A program made the translations under genes and the position numbers. From a candidate division WOR-3 bacterium (GTDB lineage: Bacteria; Hydrothermota; Tepidihabitantia; Tepidihabitantales; Tepidihabitantaceae): a DNA stretch of 64,000 nucleotides. Below, piece after piece: positions 38,207 to 48,044 of the stretch. The notes under the pieces were generated by a model, which made no database searches, was not told the origin of the DNA, and worked only from the letters and a program-made list of their open reading frames with translations. The stretch lies in the NCBI GenBank assembly GCA_965649205.1, contig CBFGJV010000005.1:32001-96000 (forward strand). Direction: 5' to 3'. Position 1 is the stretch's first letter. The number at the start of each line of letters is the position of its first letter.

Positions 38207-39649
38207 CTAGCGTACGCGTCTAGTGTATTCGAAACGGGAAACCAGGCCGGGCAGGGCTATCCAGAGGTAACGTTCGTCCGCATAGAGACCGGTAATATGG
38301 GTGCTGGGCAGGCCGGTGGAAGCATCAATGGTGGTGCTGAAGAACGCGGGCTCCCCGGCCGAAGTACTTCGGTACACGGTAATGCCGGAGCCGTTGTCAA
38401 AGAATACGGTTTCTCCATAGGCTGTCAGGTTGCTGACCGGTCTGCCCAAATTGAAGCCGGGCGGTATGATTTGTTGCCAATTGCCTTCTCTATCCCGCAG
38501 GAGTAATCCGCCCAGGGTGCCGAACCAGGTGAGTCCGCTTTCAGTCTGAGCAAGAGCATAAACCCCGAATCTGGTCCGTCCGAAAGGGTCCACCATTTCG
38601 GTCAGTTTGTCGCCTGTGGTTACATACAGTCCCATGTCTGTCCCGATGAGAATGGAATCGTTTAGTCGCCCCAGGGCATTTATTGATGTCTCTAGGTCAA
38701 GTATCCGGGTAAGGTCGCCGTGCGGGCCAAGGGCGTAAAGAGCTTCTTCTGTACCCAGCCAGGTGGTCAGAGATTCGGCCAGTATGGCGTTGATGCATTC
38801 CCGGCGTTGCAAGTCGCGCAGACCCCAGGAAAGGAGTCGGGAGCCAAAGCCGGGAAGGTCGCCTGGTTTGGTGCGGAAATAGGTCCAGTTTCCCTGCTGA
38901 TCAACGGAGACGGTCCACTCGTTGCCGGTGAGCCACAATTCGTCGTCAATACGGGTAATCCGGTTTACGCGGTCCGCGGTGGGGCCATAGCGGATGTGGT
39001 TGAGGGGCATGCCAAAACTCAGTGAATACACGGTCACTCCGTAGTCTTTTGCCGCCACATACAGTCGGCGGCTGTAGGGGTCTTTGTACACCCGCGTCAT
39101 TTTGTGGGTGTTCAGCTGGTGGTCGGTAAGATAGTAGGGAACAAGAAATACATAGTTTTCAGGTTTGGAGGTGTCACGTTGACCATACCAGAGCAGCTCT
39201 CCTTTTATGGAGGAAACTCTTTCGTAGCGGTCCAAAAGACGTTCCTTGACGAATAGTCCCTGTTCGGTATCGAAGTAAGCTGCATCTTGGGCTATACCGA
39301 TGGAGCGAACCTGCTGGAAAGGAGGCGAAAGTTTGGTGACACGGTCAGGGGTCTGCAGGTACTGGTACAGCCCGTTACTGGTGACGATGAAAAGGTCGCT
39401 GCGGATGGGGTTGTAGGCGCAGAGGCGCACGTCTCCGGACAGACCGTCAGCCGCCGTGAGGGTGCGCACCGGGCGCAAGGTCATTCTGTCCAGTACATAC
39501 ACGCCAGCCGGTACGGCTATGTATAGATTTTCCGGACTGGCGGTGATACAGCGAATATCATCCATGGCAGGATAGTGCATCCATTCGGAAGGGCGGTACA
39601 AAGTGAAGAAACTAATTAGGAAAAGGAAACTGGACAGATTCATGCGCAC
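38207..39649 (-). CDS. Exported beta-propeller protein (PorZ/regulator-propeller-like repeats)
   Basis: Signal-like N-terminus; repeated xWxGTxxGL, ADGL and TGLPSxxI blades. Confidence 0.6.
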   Translation of the reverse strand: MRMNLSSFLFLISFFTLYRPSEWMHYPAMDDIRCITASPENLYIAVPAGVYVLDRMTLRPVRTLTAADGLSGDVRLCAYNPIRSDLFIVTSNGLYQYLQTPDRVTKLSPPFQQVRSIGIAQDAAYFDTEQGLFVKERLLDRYERVSSIKGELLWYGQRDTSKPENYVFLVPYYLTDHQLNTHKMTRVYKDPYSRRLYVAAKDYGVTVYSLSFGMPLNHIRYGPTADRVNRITRIDDELWLTGNEWTVSVDQQGNWTYFRTKPGDLPGFGSRLLSWGLRDLQRRECINAILAESLTTWLGTEEALYALGPHGDLTRILDLETSINALGRLNDSILIGTDMGLYVTTGDKLTEMVDPFGRTRFGVYALAQTESGLTWFGTLGGLLLRDREGNWQQIIPPGFNLGRPVSNLTAYGETVFFDNGSGITVYRSTSAGEPAFFSTTIDASTGLPSTHITGLYADERYLWIALPGLVSRFEYTRRVR

Positions 39650-41220
39650 AGCCCTCTTGATTTCCTGTTACGGTTGTCCCGGCCGGTGAGGGTCCGGAAT
39701 GCGGCGGGCAGGTAGTCAATCAGGTCTTCGGCACCCAGACAATACTCGGTGAGAGCGGGCACCGCGATGTCGGCGGCAAGACCATGCAGAAACACGGCTG
39801 CCACTGCGGCCTGGAAAGTACTTGCTCCTGTGGCCAGAATACCGGCCAGAAGTCCGGTCAGAACATCTCCCGTACCGCCGCTTGCCAGACCGCAATTGCC
39901 GGTGGAGTTCACGTACACTTTACCGTCAGGCGTTCCGGTCACGGTTGGGGCTCCCTTGAGCACGAGGGTCTGATTCCATTCTTTGGCGAGTGTGCGAGTC
40001 AGGTTGATGCGGTCGGCGTTCACCCGGGCCGGCTCAATGCCGGTGAGCCGGGAGAGTTCGCCCGGATGAGGCGTGAGTACCGCACAGGCCCGCAGTTGCG
40101 GTATGAGAGAGGTATGGCTGGCCAGGATATTTAACGCATCAGCATCTATTACTACAGGTTTTGTGACTTGAAGGAGGAAATCACGCAGCAGTTCACTAGT
40201 CGAGGGATGAGTGGTAAGGCCAGGTCCGACAGCGACAGAGGTGGAAACTTCTGCCTGTTCCAGAAGCAGGGGGAGGGCGGAGGAAGAGATTGTATGCTCT
40301 TCGGTTTCGGGGAGGGGCAGTTTGATTGCCTCTACCACCCTGCCGGCGACAATGGGAGTAATACTCGCAGGAGTGGCCAGACGCACCAGTCCGCAGCCAG
40401 AACGCACCGCGGCCTTGCCAGCCAGGCAGGCGGCACCGGAAAAGCGGGGTGAACCGCAGATGAGAAGACAGGAACCAAAGGTTCCCTTATGCCCATCTGC
40501 AGGCCGGGGTGGAAGCACAGAGCGGACATAATCGGCGTCAACCAGAAAAGTGTCGGCACCCTGATTCAGTAAGGCGGGCGGTATGCCGATGTCGGTTATG
40601 GCCAGTCTGCCGGTGTGGGCGGCAGCAGGAAAAAGTACGTGGCCGAATTTGGGCAGAGCCATAGTGACTGTCAGGTCGGCGTAAACTGCCGGCTCAAAGC
40701 TGTTGCCGGTGTCTGCGTCCACGCCGGAGGGCAAATCTACGCTTACCGTGTAACGTTTAGCTCTGTTGATGGCGGCTATGGCCTGTGCAAACAGTCCCTG
40801 GGGCGGCTGGGAAAGCCCGGTGCCGAAAATGGCATCAATTACGATGTCCGCCTGCTGGAGAATCGTTTCCAAGTCTGCGATATTGCTGAGCTCAATTATG
40901 CTTATACCCGCCTGGAGTAGTCTTTCCGCATTGGTACGAGCGTCTCCCTTCAGGTTTTTCAGGCTGCCCAGGAGCGTACACACCGGGTCTGCACCCTTTG
41001 CCTGCAGATAGCGGCAGCATACGAATCCGTCGCCACCGTTGTTGCCCGGACCACACACGACCGCAACTCGCTTGCCACGGAGGTTGCCCACTTCTTTTTC
41101 CAGATGTTCTATTACTCCGCGGCCGGCGTTTTCCATAAGTGTCAGACCGGGAATGCCCAGATTTTCTATGGCCTGCCGGTCAATTTCCTTCATTTGTCTG
41201 GCAGTGACAAGGCGGTACAT
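39640..41220 (-). CDS. nnr: Bifunctional NAD(P)H-hydrate epimerase/dehydratase
   Basis: LMENAG, CGPGNNGGDG, DLPSG, HKGTFG, GPGL, DADAL, TPHPGE, GGTGDVLTG. Confidence 0.95.
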   Translation of the reverse strand: MYRLVTARQMKEIDRQAIENLGIPGLTLMENAGRGVIEHLEKEVGNLRGKRVAVVCGPGNNGGDGFVCCRYLQAKGADPVCTLLGSLKNLKGDARTNAERLLQAGISIIELSNIADLETILQQADIVIDAIFGTGLSQPPQGLFAQAIAAINRAKRYTVSVDLPSGVDADTGNSFEPAVYADLTVTMALPKFGHVLFPAAAHTGRLAITDIGIPPALLNQGADTFLVDADYVRSVLPPRPADGHKGTFGSCLLICGSPRFSGAACLAGKAAVRSGCGLVRLATPASITPIVAGRVVEAIKLPLPETEEHTISSSALPLLLEQAEVSTSVAVGPGLTTHPSTSELLRDFLLQVTKPVVIDADALNILASHTSLIPQLRACAVLTPHPGELSRLTGIEPARVNADRINLTRTLAKEWNQTLVLKGAPTVTGTPDGKVYVNSTGNCGLASGGTGDVLTGLLAGILATGASTFQAAVAAVFLHGLAADIAVPALTEYCLGAEDLIDYLPAAFRTLTGRDNRNRKSRGLCA

Positions 41221-41232
41221 CGATGACAAAGG

Positions 41233-41328
41233 ATTATAGGGTAGGGGTAGTGAGTGTCAATCAGGCGGGAAAACCAGGCGGAAATCCCCGTATAAGCCAT
41301 TGACAAATTGGCCAGTCAAGGTTAGACT
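41233..41328. promoter_or_regulatory. Divergent sigma70 promoters for nnr and buk
   Basis: Minus strand: TTGACA-16-TATAAT (41260-41233). Plus strand: TTGACA-17-TAGACT (41300-41328), 7 nt before GTG 41336. Confidence 0.75.
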
Positions 41329-41335
41329 AGGCCAA

Positions 41336-42424
41336 GTGGTTATTCTCGCTGTCAATCCGGGTGGAACGTCCACCAAGGTGGCTGTTTTCAGAAACAGACG
41401 CCAGGTATTCAGCGAAAATATCGAACATCCCACGGTTCAGCTGGGTAAGTACAAGATGGTACTGGACCAGTACCGTTTTCGGAAACAGACCGTGCTGGAC
41501 GCTCTGAACAGCCATGGAATTGACCCGAAGACAATTGACGCCATAGTGAGCCGGGGCGGGCCGCTGCAGCCGGTTCCTGGCGGCGTGTACAGAATTACCC
41601 CGCGGGTAATTTCAGACATACGCCAAGGACGGGTGCAGACCATACATCCTTCTCTGCTGGGACCATTGGTGAGTCACGAGCTGGCAGAAGAACTTGGCGT
41701 GGAGGCGTACTTTGTGGACCCGGAGTCCACAGATGAGTTCTGGGATGTTGCCCGCCCGACTGGTCTTAAGGGTATTTACCGAACCGCTCTTTCCCACGCA
41801 CTTAGTTGCCGTACGGTAGCTAGGCAGGCCGCGAAACGGATAAAGAAACCATACGAGCAGTGCAATTTCGTGGTAGCGCATCTGGGTTCGGGCTTTACCA
41901 TCGCCGCGCATCTGCAGGGCAGACAGGTGGATGCGACGAATGCAAACGAGGACGGGCCTTTCTCGCCCCAGCGGGCCGGCACTTTGCCTTCGTCCGGGCT
42001 GATAAGGCTTTGTTTTTCCGGCCGGTACTCAGAACGGGATGTACTGGACCTGGTGCAGAGACGGGGCGGTCTGGTTTCTTATTTCGGAACCGATGATTTC
42101 CGGGTTCTGGAGGACCTGGTGCAGAAAGGCAACAAGATGGCGGAGACTGTGTATGAGGCGATGGTGTACAACATAGCGAAGTACATCGGTGCCTATGCGG
42201 TGCTGGCGCGTGGCAAACTGGATGGCGTGCTGGTGACAGGAGGACTGGCTAAGTCAAAGCGTCTGGTGGTTGATTTGCGCCGGTGGGTAGGACATCTGAG
42301 TCCCCGTTTTCTGGTTTTTCCCGGAGAGGAAGAAATGCCGGCGCTGGTGTTTCGTCTGTTGTCTGCACTTGCCGGGGAGGAGAAAGTGAAGGTGTATGAA
42401 AAAGAGATTACTTTCAGGCGATGA
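41336..42424 (+). CDS. buk: Butyrate (branched-chain carboxylate) kinase
   Basis: ILAVNPGGTSTKVA, RGG, VAHLGSG, GPFSPQRAG, VTGGLA, FPGEEEM. Confidence 0.9.
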   Translation: MVILAVNPGGTSTKVAVFRNRRQVFSENIEHPTVQLGKYKMVLDQYRFRKQTVLDALNSHGIDPKTIDAIVSRGGPLQPVPGGVYRITPRVISDIRQGRVQTIHPSLLGPLVSHELAEELGVEAYFVDPESTDEFWDVARPTGLKGIYRTALSHALSCRTVARQAAKRIKKPYEQCNFVVAHLGSGFTIAAHLQGRQVDATNANEDGPFSPQRAGTLPSSGLIRLCFSGRYSERDVLDLVQRRGGLVSYFGTDDFRVLEDLVQKGNKMAETVYEAMVYNIAKYIGAYAVLARGKLDGVLVTGGLAKSKRLVVDLRRWVGHLSPRFLVFPGEEEMPALVFRLLSALAGEEKVKVYEKEITFRR

Positions 42425-44135
42425 AGCAATAGCCCGTGGCGCCTGGGAAGCAGGTTGTCGCGTGGCCGCAGCCTATCCCGGGACGCCTTCAACCGAAATC
42501 CTGGAAAATCTGGCCGAGTACAAGCAAGTATACTGCGAATGGTCTGTCAACGAAAAGGTAGCCCTGGAAGTAGCGCTGGGAGCTTCTATCAGTGGTGCAC
42601 GGGCCCTGGCCGCGATGAAGCATGTGGGTCTGAACGTGGCGGCCGACCCGTTGTTTTCCTCTGCCTATATCGGAGCGCGAGGCGGGCTGGTGGTAGTTAC
42701 AGCCGACGATCCGGGTCTGCATTCTTCCCAGAACGAGCAGGATAACCGTTTCTACGGACTGGCGGCCAAGCTGCCTGTCTTGTGTCCGGCAGACAGTCAG
42801 GAGTGCAAGGACTTCACCAGGCTGGCCTTTGACATTTCTGAGCAGTATGACATTCCTGTGCTTATCCGGATTACCACCCGCGTGGCACATTCCAGTTCGG
42901 CGGTGGAACTGGGAGAAAGAGAAGAGCGTCCCCCCAAGGGTTATGAGAAACTGATTACCAAGAACATCATTCTTCCCGCATTTGCGAAGAAGCGACACGC
43001 GGATTTGGAACTGAGGCTGGACCGGTTACGCGAATATGCTGAGAGCACGCCGATAAATCGAAGTGAGCCCGGAGAAAAGAAACTGGGTATCATCTGCGAC
43101 GGTGTAGCCTACCAGTATGCCCGCGAGGTTTTTCCCCAAGCGTCGGTTCTGAAGCTGGGAATGGTGCACCCGTTCCCGGCGGAACTGGTGCGCAGGTTTG
43201 CCGCGGGCGTGGAGCAGTTGGTGGTGGTAGAAGAAGGGGATCAGTTTCTGGAGTTGCAGGTGCGGGCCCTGGGGTTTACTCCGGTGGGTAAGGGTACGTT
43301 GCCCAGATGGGATGAGCTTAGTCCGGCAGTGATACGCAAGTCCCTGAGTGGATTTCTGGACGGAGAAAGCGGAAGATTAGACGGACATAAACCTGAGCCC
43401 AATATTCCTCCCCGGCCGCCGGCGCTATGTCCGGGTTGTCCGCACACTGGTATTTTCTATGCGCTGCAGAAGCAGCCGTTGATAATCGGAGGGGATATAG
43501 GATGCTATACGTTGGGTGCGTTGCCGCCGCATAATGCGATGGATACTTGCATTGACATGGGTGCTTCCATCACCTTTGCCCACGGCTGCGACAAGGCGCT
43601 GGGCAACACGGATGCAAGAAGACGGGTGGCGTTTATCGGTGACTCCACGTTCTTCCATTCGGGCATCACCGGGCTTTTGAATACGGTGTATAACAAGGCG
43701 GATGTGGTAACCATCATTTCGGATAACCGCACCACCGGGATGACTGGTCATCAGGAACATCCCGGCACCGGGAGGACGTTGCAGGGAGAGGAAACAGCCG
43801 TCATTGAGCTGGAAGCCATAGCTCGGGCCTGCGGGGTCAAGAATGCAGTTACAGTTGACCCCTATCAGGTGCGGGAGACAAGAAAGAAGGTAAGGGAAGT
43901 GCTGAAGCAGCCGGGGCCGGCGGTGATAATATCGCGCCGCGCCTGTGCTCTGCATATACGGCTGCATAATCCCCCCAAAAAGGTTGACCGAGAGAAGTGC
44001 ATCGGGTGCAAGACGTGTCTGGCACTCGGCTGTCCGGCGCTGACTATGGTGGAGGGCAAGTCTTTCATTCAGGATACGGTGTGCGTGGGCTGCGGAATGT
44101 GCGCGGATGTGTGTCCCAAGGGAGCTATAGCATGA
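42396..44135 (+). CDS. iorA: Indolepyruvate:ferredoxin oxidoreductase alpha subunit
   Basis: YPGTPSTE, NEKVALE, MKHVGLNVAAD, SSQNEQD, CPGCPH, GDIGCY, GDSTFFHSG, C-terminal ferredoxin. Confidence 0.95.
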   Translation: MKKRLLSGDEAIARGAWEAGCRVAAAYPGTPSTEILENLAEYKQVYCEWSVNEKVALEVALGASISGARALAAMKHVGLNVAADPLFSSAYIGARGGLVVVTADDPGLHSSQNEQDNRFYGLAAKLPVLCPADSQECKDFTRLAFDISEQYDIPVLIRITTRVAHSSSAVELGEREERPPKGYEKLITKNIILPAFAKKRHADLELRLDRLREYAESTPINRSEPGEKKLGIICDGVAYQYAREVFPQASVLKLGMVHPFPAELVRRFAAGVEQLVVVEEGDQFLELQVRALGFTPVGKGTLPRWDELSPAVIRKSLSGFLDGESGRLDGHKPEPNIPPRPPALCPGCPHTGIFYALQKQPLIIGGDIGCYTLGALPPHNAMDTCIDMGASITFAHGCDKALGNTDARRRVAFIGDSTFFHSGITGLLNTVYNKADVVTIISDNRTTGMTGHQEHPGTGRTLQGEETAVIELEAIARACGVKNAVTVDPYQVRETRKKVREVLKQPGPAVIISRRACALHIRLHNPPKKVDREKCIGCKTCLALGCPALTMVEGKSFIQDTVCVGCGMCADVCPKGAIA

Positions 44136-44725
44136 ATCTGGTGGTGTGCGGAGTAGGCGGGCAGGGAGCGGTGCTGTTTTCCGAGCTTCTTTCGCAGGTG
44201 GCACTGGCAGCAGGGCTGGATGTGAAAAAGAGCGAGGTGCACGGAATGGCGCAGCGGGGCGGAAGCATCACCACCCATGTGCGGTTTTCCTCCAAGGTGT
44301 ATTCTCCTCTGGTGGATCAGGGAACGGCAGATTTTCTGGTTGCCTTCGAGAAACTGGAAGCGGTGCGTTATGTGCATTATCTGGCTGAGGAAGGACAGTT
44401 GCTCTACGACACTCGTCGACTGGACCCTCTGCCAGTACAGTTGGGATTAGTGGAGCGTCCGACAGATGCCTGGCTGGACGAGCGTCTGGCTGCAAGAGCG
44501 CGCAGGCGTCTGGCAGTACCTGCCTTTGAAATTGCCCGCCGACTGGGTGAGCCGCGGGTGCAGAATGTGGTGATGCTGGGAGCTCTGGCAAGATTTCTGC
44601 CTTTTCCGGCTGATTCTTATCGCGACGCAATCAGACTTCTGGTGAAGCCTAGGCTGGTGGATTTGAACATCGCCGCCTTTGAGCAGGGGATGGACGCGGT
44701 CCAGACGAAACAAGAGACACCCTAA
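44132..44725 (+). CDS. iorB: Indolepyruvate:ferredoxin oxidoreductase beta subunit
   Basis: GVGGQG, SEVHGMAQRGGS; ATGA overlap with the iorA stop. Confidence 0.93.
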   Translation: MNLVVCGVGGQGAVLFSELLSQVALAAGLDVKKSEVHGMAQRGGSITTHVRFSSKVYSPLVDQGTADFLVAFEKLEAVRYVHYLAEEGQLLYDTRRLDPLPVQLGLVERPTDAWLDERLAARARRRLAVPAFEIARRLGEPRVQNVVMLGALARFLPFPADSYRDAIRLLVKPRLVDLNIAAFEQGMDAVQTKQETP

Positions 44726-44777
44726 GACCCAGGTACAGTTTTTTCCTGCGCGTAGCAGTTTTTAGCCGCAAAGGCGG

Positions 44778-45710
44778 TCAGGCGGTTTGTCGCACAACAG
44801 AGCGGAAAAGACGGATTTTTTCGGCAACAAGCTGCGTAACCGCGTCGCGGGCCAGACCCAGATACTCGCGCGGGTCAAACCTGTCCGGATGCTTGGCGAG
44901 ATGATGACGGATTTCGGCGGTAAAGCTAAGACGCAGGTCGGTGTCAACATTGACCTTGTTGATGCCCAGAGCGATTGCTCGCAAAAGCTGTTCTTCCGGC
45001 ACGCCGCTGGCGCCGGAGATTTTCATACCGGAGTCCAGACAGCGCTGGATAACAGAGCGCGGTACGCTGGAGGCGCCATGCAATACTAAAGGCAGACCAC
45101 CGGTCGTCTCCTTTACCCGCTGCAGCCGGGCGAAGTCCAGCTGTGGTTCTCCGCGGAATTTGAAGGCACCGTGACTGGTACCTATGGCCGGAGCCAGAGA
45201 ATCGATGCCTGTTTCTTTAACGAAGACAGCTGCTTGTTCCGGATCAATCAGCACGGCATCACGTTCAGCCACAGTTACGTTGTCTTCGGTTCCTACCAGC
45301 CGGCCCAGTTCTGCTTCTACTGCGGCTCCGGTCTTGCGCGCCATCGCCACCACCAGCTTTGTCCGGGCGATGTTTTCTGTAAAAGGCAGGTCAGAGGCGT
45401 CAATCATTACCGAGGTGTAACCCATTTCCAGACAACGCTGTATGAGCGTGAGGTCGCGTCCGTGGTCCAGATGCAGACAGAGCGGTACGTTACTGTGCGC
45501 GGCAGCCGTGCGGGCGAGAGCCACTATGTTTTCCAGCCCGGCGTAGCGTATTGCTCCCTCGGTAGTGGCGAGAAAAACGGGGGAATGAGTGTGTTCTGCC
45601 GCGGCACAGATAGCTTGCAGAAACTCCAGGTTGTTGAAATTGAAGGCGCCGAGCGCGTAACCGTTCCGGTTGGCTTCTGCCAGAAGTTCGCGGCCCGAAA
45701 CAAGATTCAC
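44778..45710 (-). CDS. fba: Class II fructose-1,6-bisphosphate aldolase
   Basis: GAFN, LHLDHG, SVMIDAS, VEAELG, GTSHGAFK, LVLHGAS, KVNVDTD; GTGA overlap with the pfkB stop. Confidence 0.93.
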   Translation of the reverse strand: MNLVSGRELLAEANRNGYALGAFNFNNLEFLQAICAAAEHTHSPVFLATTEGAIRYAGLENIVALARTAAAHSNVPLCLHLDHGRDLTLIQRCLEMGYTSVMIDASDLPFTENIARTKLVVAMARKTGAAVEAELGRLVGTEDNVTVAERDAVLIDPEQAAVFVKETGIDSLAPAIGTSHGAFKFRGEPQLDFARLQRVKETTGGLPLVLHGASSVPRSVIQRCLDSGMKISGASGVPEEQLLRAIALGINKVNVDTDLRLSFTAEIRHHLAKHPDRFDPREYLGLARDAVTQLVAEKIRLFRSVVRQTA

Positions 45711-46636
45711 AGCGAGAGAGGAGTGACAGTAATTTGCGGAAGCAGCTCTTGGATATCCTTCTCGCGGCACAGGCCGGTACCGGGCGTCAGGGTGGCGGCG
45801 GTGCCTGCTGCCACGGCCCAGCGCAGGCATTCGGCCGGCGGGGCGTGTTCTACCAGGCCTTTTATGAATCCGGCCACAGCGCAGTCTCCAGCTCCAACCG
45901 TGCTTTTTACTTCCACCTGCGGCGGACGGGCGTGCAGAACCTGCTCCTTGCTTACGAGGATAATGCCTTCCGCGCCGAGGGACACCAGCACAGTGCCGAC
46001 CCGGTCAAGGATAGTGCGACTGAAGTTGACTATGGCCGCAAAGTCAGGCAGCGGAGTGCCGGCCAGCTCGCTGAGTTCTTCCCGGTTCGGCTTTATGTAG
46101 GCCGGCCGGGCCAGCAGGCTGTGACGAAGCGCAGAGCCGGATGTATCCAGCAGTACGGTCGCCTTTTTTTCGTTGCCCAGTTGCACCAGCCGGCGGTACA
46201 CCTCCGGGGTGAGACCACGGGGCAGAGAACCGGAAATCACCAGAAACGTCAAATCCTGCAGGCCGCTGACTTTTTCCACAAAGTCCAAGAGTTCGGTGGG
46301 TGCAATCTCGGGCCCCTGAGCCAGAAGGGCCGTTTCCTGGCCGGTGGAGGTTTCCTGGATGATTATATTGGTTCTGGTTTCGGATACGATTCTGGTAAAG
46401 TCACAGGTGATGCCTTCGTTCAGCAGTCGGCCTTCAAACTCTTTGCCGTCAAAACCGCCTACGAAACCAAGCGCAACTGACGGTACGCCCATAACCAGCA
46501 AGGCACGGGAAACATCTATGCCCTTGCCGCCGGCGTAACGTTCTTCGCGCATGACCCGGTTTGTCCTGCGGGTTTCCAGCTTCTCGACGTAGAGGGTGCG
46601 GTCGAGAGCAGGGTTGAGAGTGACTGTGTATATCAT
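45707..46636 (-). CDS. pfkB: 1-phosphofructokinase-family (PfkB/FruK/LacC) hexose-phosphate kinase
   Basis: MIYTVTLNPALD, GGKGI, SGSLP, KPNREE, STVGAGD. Confidence 0.9.
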   Translation of the reverse strand: MIYTVTLNPALDRTLYVEKLETRRTNRVMREERYAGGKGIDVSRALLVMGVPSVALGFVGGFDGKEFEGRLLNEGITCDFTRIVSETRTNIIIQETSTGQETALLAQGPEIAPTELLDFVEKVSGLQDLTFLVISGSLPRGLTPEVYRRLVQLGNEKKATVLLDTSGSALRHSLLARPAYIKPNREELSELAGTPLPDFAAIVNFSRTILDRVGTVLVSLGAEGIILVSKEQVLHARPPQVEVKSTVGAGDCAVAGFIKGLVEHAPPAECLRWAVAAGTAATLTPGTGLCREKDIQELLPQITVTPLSL

Positions 46637-46664
46637 CGGGTAGGGTTTTTTGTTTCCTCTGGTC

Positions 46665-46693
46665 ATTCTAGAATTGACGCAGGGAAGTGTCAA
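46665..46693 (-). promoter_or_regulatory. sigma70 promoter of pfkB-fba
   Basis: TTGACA-17-TAGAAT. Confidence 0.75.
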
Positions 46694-47072
46694 TCTGTTG
46701 CTTTGTTCAGACCGAACAGGCGGAACTGGGTGCGGGGACAGGATGAGGAGCCGGGGTATGTGCCTGTCGGGCCTAAGGTCCTAAGGTCGTTGCTTCAGGG
46801 GAATAGTATCGTCTCTGCAGTTCAGCGAGCTTTCTGCCAGCCTGCCAAGATAGCCGTGCGGCGGATGGCGGCTTCCTTGATTCTGGCTTGGGCTTGAGGA
46901 ACTGACCAGCGGCAGATACCGCAGGCTGCATCGTACCCGAAGTTGAGTGGAGTCCGGAGCAGAAACGGGCTGCCTGTTCTCTGAATTTTTTGCCAGACCG
47001 AAGGGAATACGGCTAGCTGGTTGGCAAGGCAAGAGAGTCAGATGACCTATTTGAGAACCACAGGGTACGTGA

Positions 47073-47119
47073 GGGGGGGGCAACGGCTGGGGGAGTGGCT
47101 GGGGGAGCTGGGGAGGGGG
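47073..47119 (+). repeat. G-run tract, canonical G-quadruplex-forming pattern
   Basis: G8, G5, G5, G4, G5 runs; two GGCTGGGGGAG units 12 nt apart. Confidence 0.6.
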
Positions 47120-47186
47120 TAGAATGCGGTTTTGCCTATCTCTTTGCAGGTACGGGAGTTAGCCGATAGGAAGACAGGGCGGAGAA

Positions 47187-47204
47187 TAATACTCATGAGT
47201 ATTA
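47187..47204. promoter_or_regulatory. Perfect 18-bp palindrome, candidate operator
   Basis: TAATACTCATGAGTATTA is its own reverse complement. Confidence 0.45.
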
Positions 47205-47395
47205 GGGGCAAGGGAGAAGAAGCGGTGGGGCGGGTGCTGCAAGGCGCGCAATACGGCGAGTATCTGTGTGGCGGCGAGATTTGGCTTGTCGGGTGATTTT
47301 TTGATTCTGGCAGAAGAATAGATTTGGCTGATAACTATCAGGGAATCTTTCCGGGCGGGAAAGTAGTCTATACTCTAGCCACGATGCTTTTTATA

Positions 47396-47419
47396 TGGTA
47401 TAATTACTGCATAAATTAT
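47396..47419 (+). promoter_or_regulatory. Extended -10 promoter of the ROS operon overlapped by an AT-rich inverted repeat
   Basis: TGgTATAAT, with ATAATT-N8-AATTAT at 47400-47419. Confidence 0.55.
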
Positions 47420-47452
47420 GTTGGCACAAACCCCAAACAAAAAGGAGTAACA

Positions 47453-48025
47453 ATGAGTTTGAAAGGAACTAAAACCGAAAAAAATCTGCTCACAGCTTTT
47501 GCCGGTGAATCTCAGGCCCGGAATCGTTATACCTACTGGGCCAATCAGGCACGAAAGGACGGCTATATGCAGATAGCCGACATATTTGAGGAAACCGCCA
47601 ACCAGGAAAAGGAACACGCCAAGCGTTTCTTCAAGTTTCTGGAGGGTGGCGAAGTGGAAATCCAGGCGGCTTTTCCAGCCGGGGTCATTGGCACCACCGC
47701 AGACAATCTGCGGGCTGCTGCTGCGGGTGAGCACTACGAATGGTCGGAGATGTATCCCGGCTTTGCCAAGGTCGCCGAGGAGGAAGGATTTCCCGAGATA
47801 GCGGCTGTTTTCCGGGCGGTGGCAGTGGCGGAGAAGCAGCACGAGAAACGGTACAACGACCTGCGGCAGAATGTGCTGCAGGGTCGGGTATTCAAGCGGG
47901 AACAGCCGGTAGTGTGGCGCTGTCGGAATTGCGGCTATCTGCATACCGGCACCGAGGCGCCCAAGGTGTGCCCTGCCTGTGCTCACCCGCAGGCGTATTT
48001 TGAGCTGCTGGGCGAAAACTGGTGA
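47453..48025 (+). CDS. rbr: Rubrerythrin
   Basis: [35 protein letters not shown]...CPACAHP. Confidence 0.96.
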   Translation: MSLKGTKTEKNLLTAFAGESQARNRYTYWANQARKDGYMQIADIFEETANQEKEHAKRFFKFLEGGEVEIQAAFPAGVIGTTADNLRAAAAGEHYEWSEMYPGFAKVAEEEGFPEIAAVFRAVAVAEKQHEKRYNDLRQNVLQGRVFKREQPVVWRCRNCGYLHTGTEAPKVCPACAHPQAYFELLGENW

Positions 48026-48044
48026 AGCAAGAGGAACAAAGCAT

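Noticed and set aside
46700..47070. ncRNA (SRP, RNase P, tmRNA, riboswitch) or small ORFs in the long intergenic region
   Set aside because: No hallmark motifs recognised by eye; an Infernal scan would be needed to exclude them fully.
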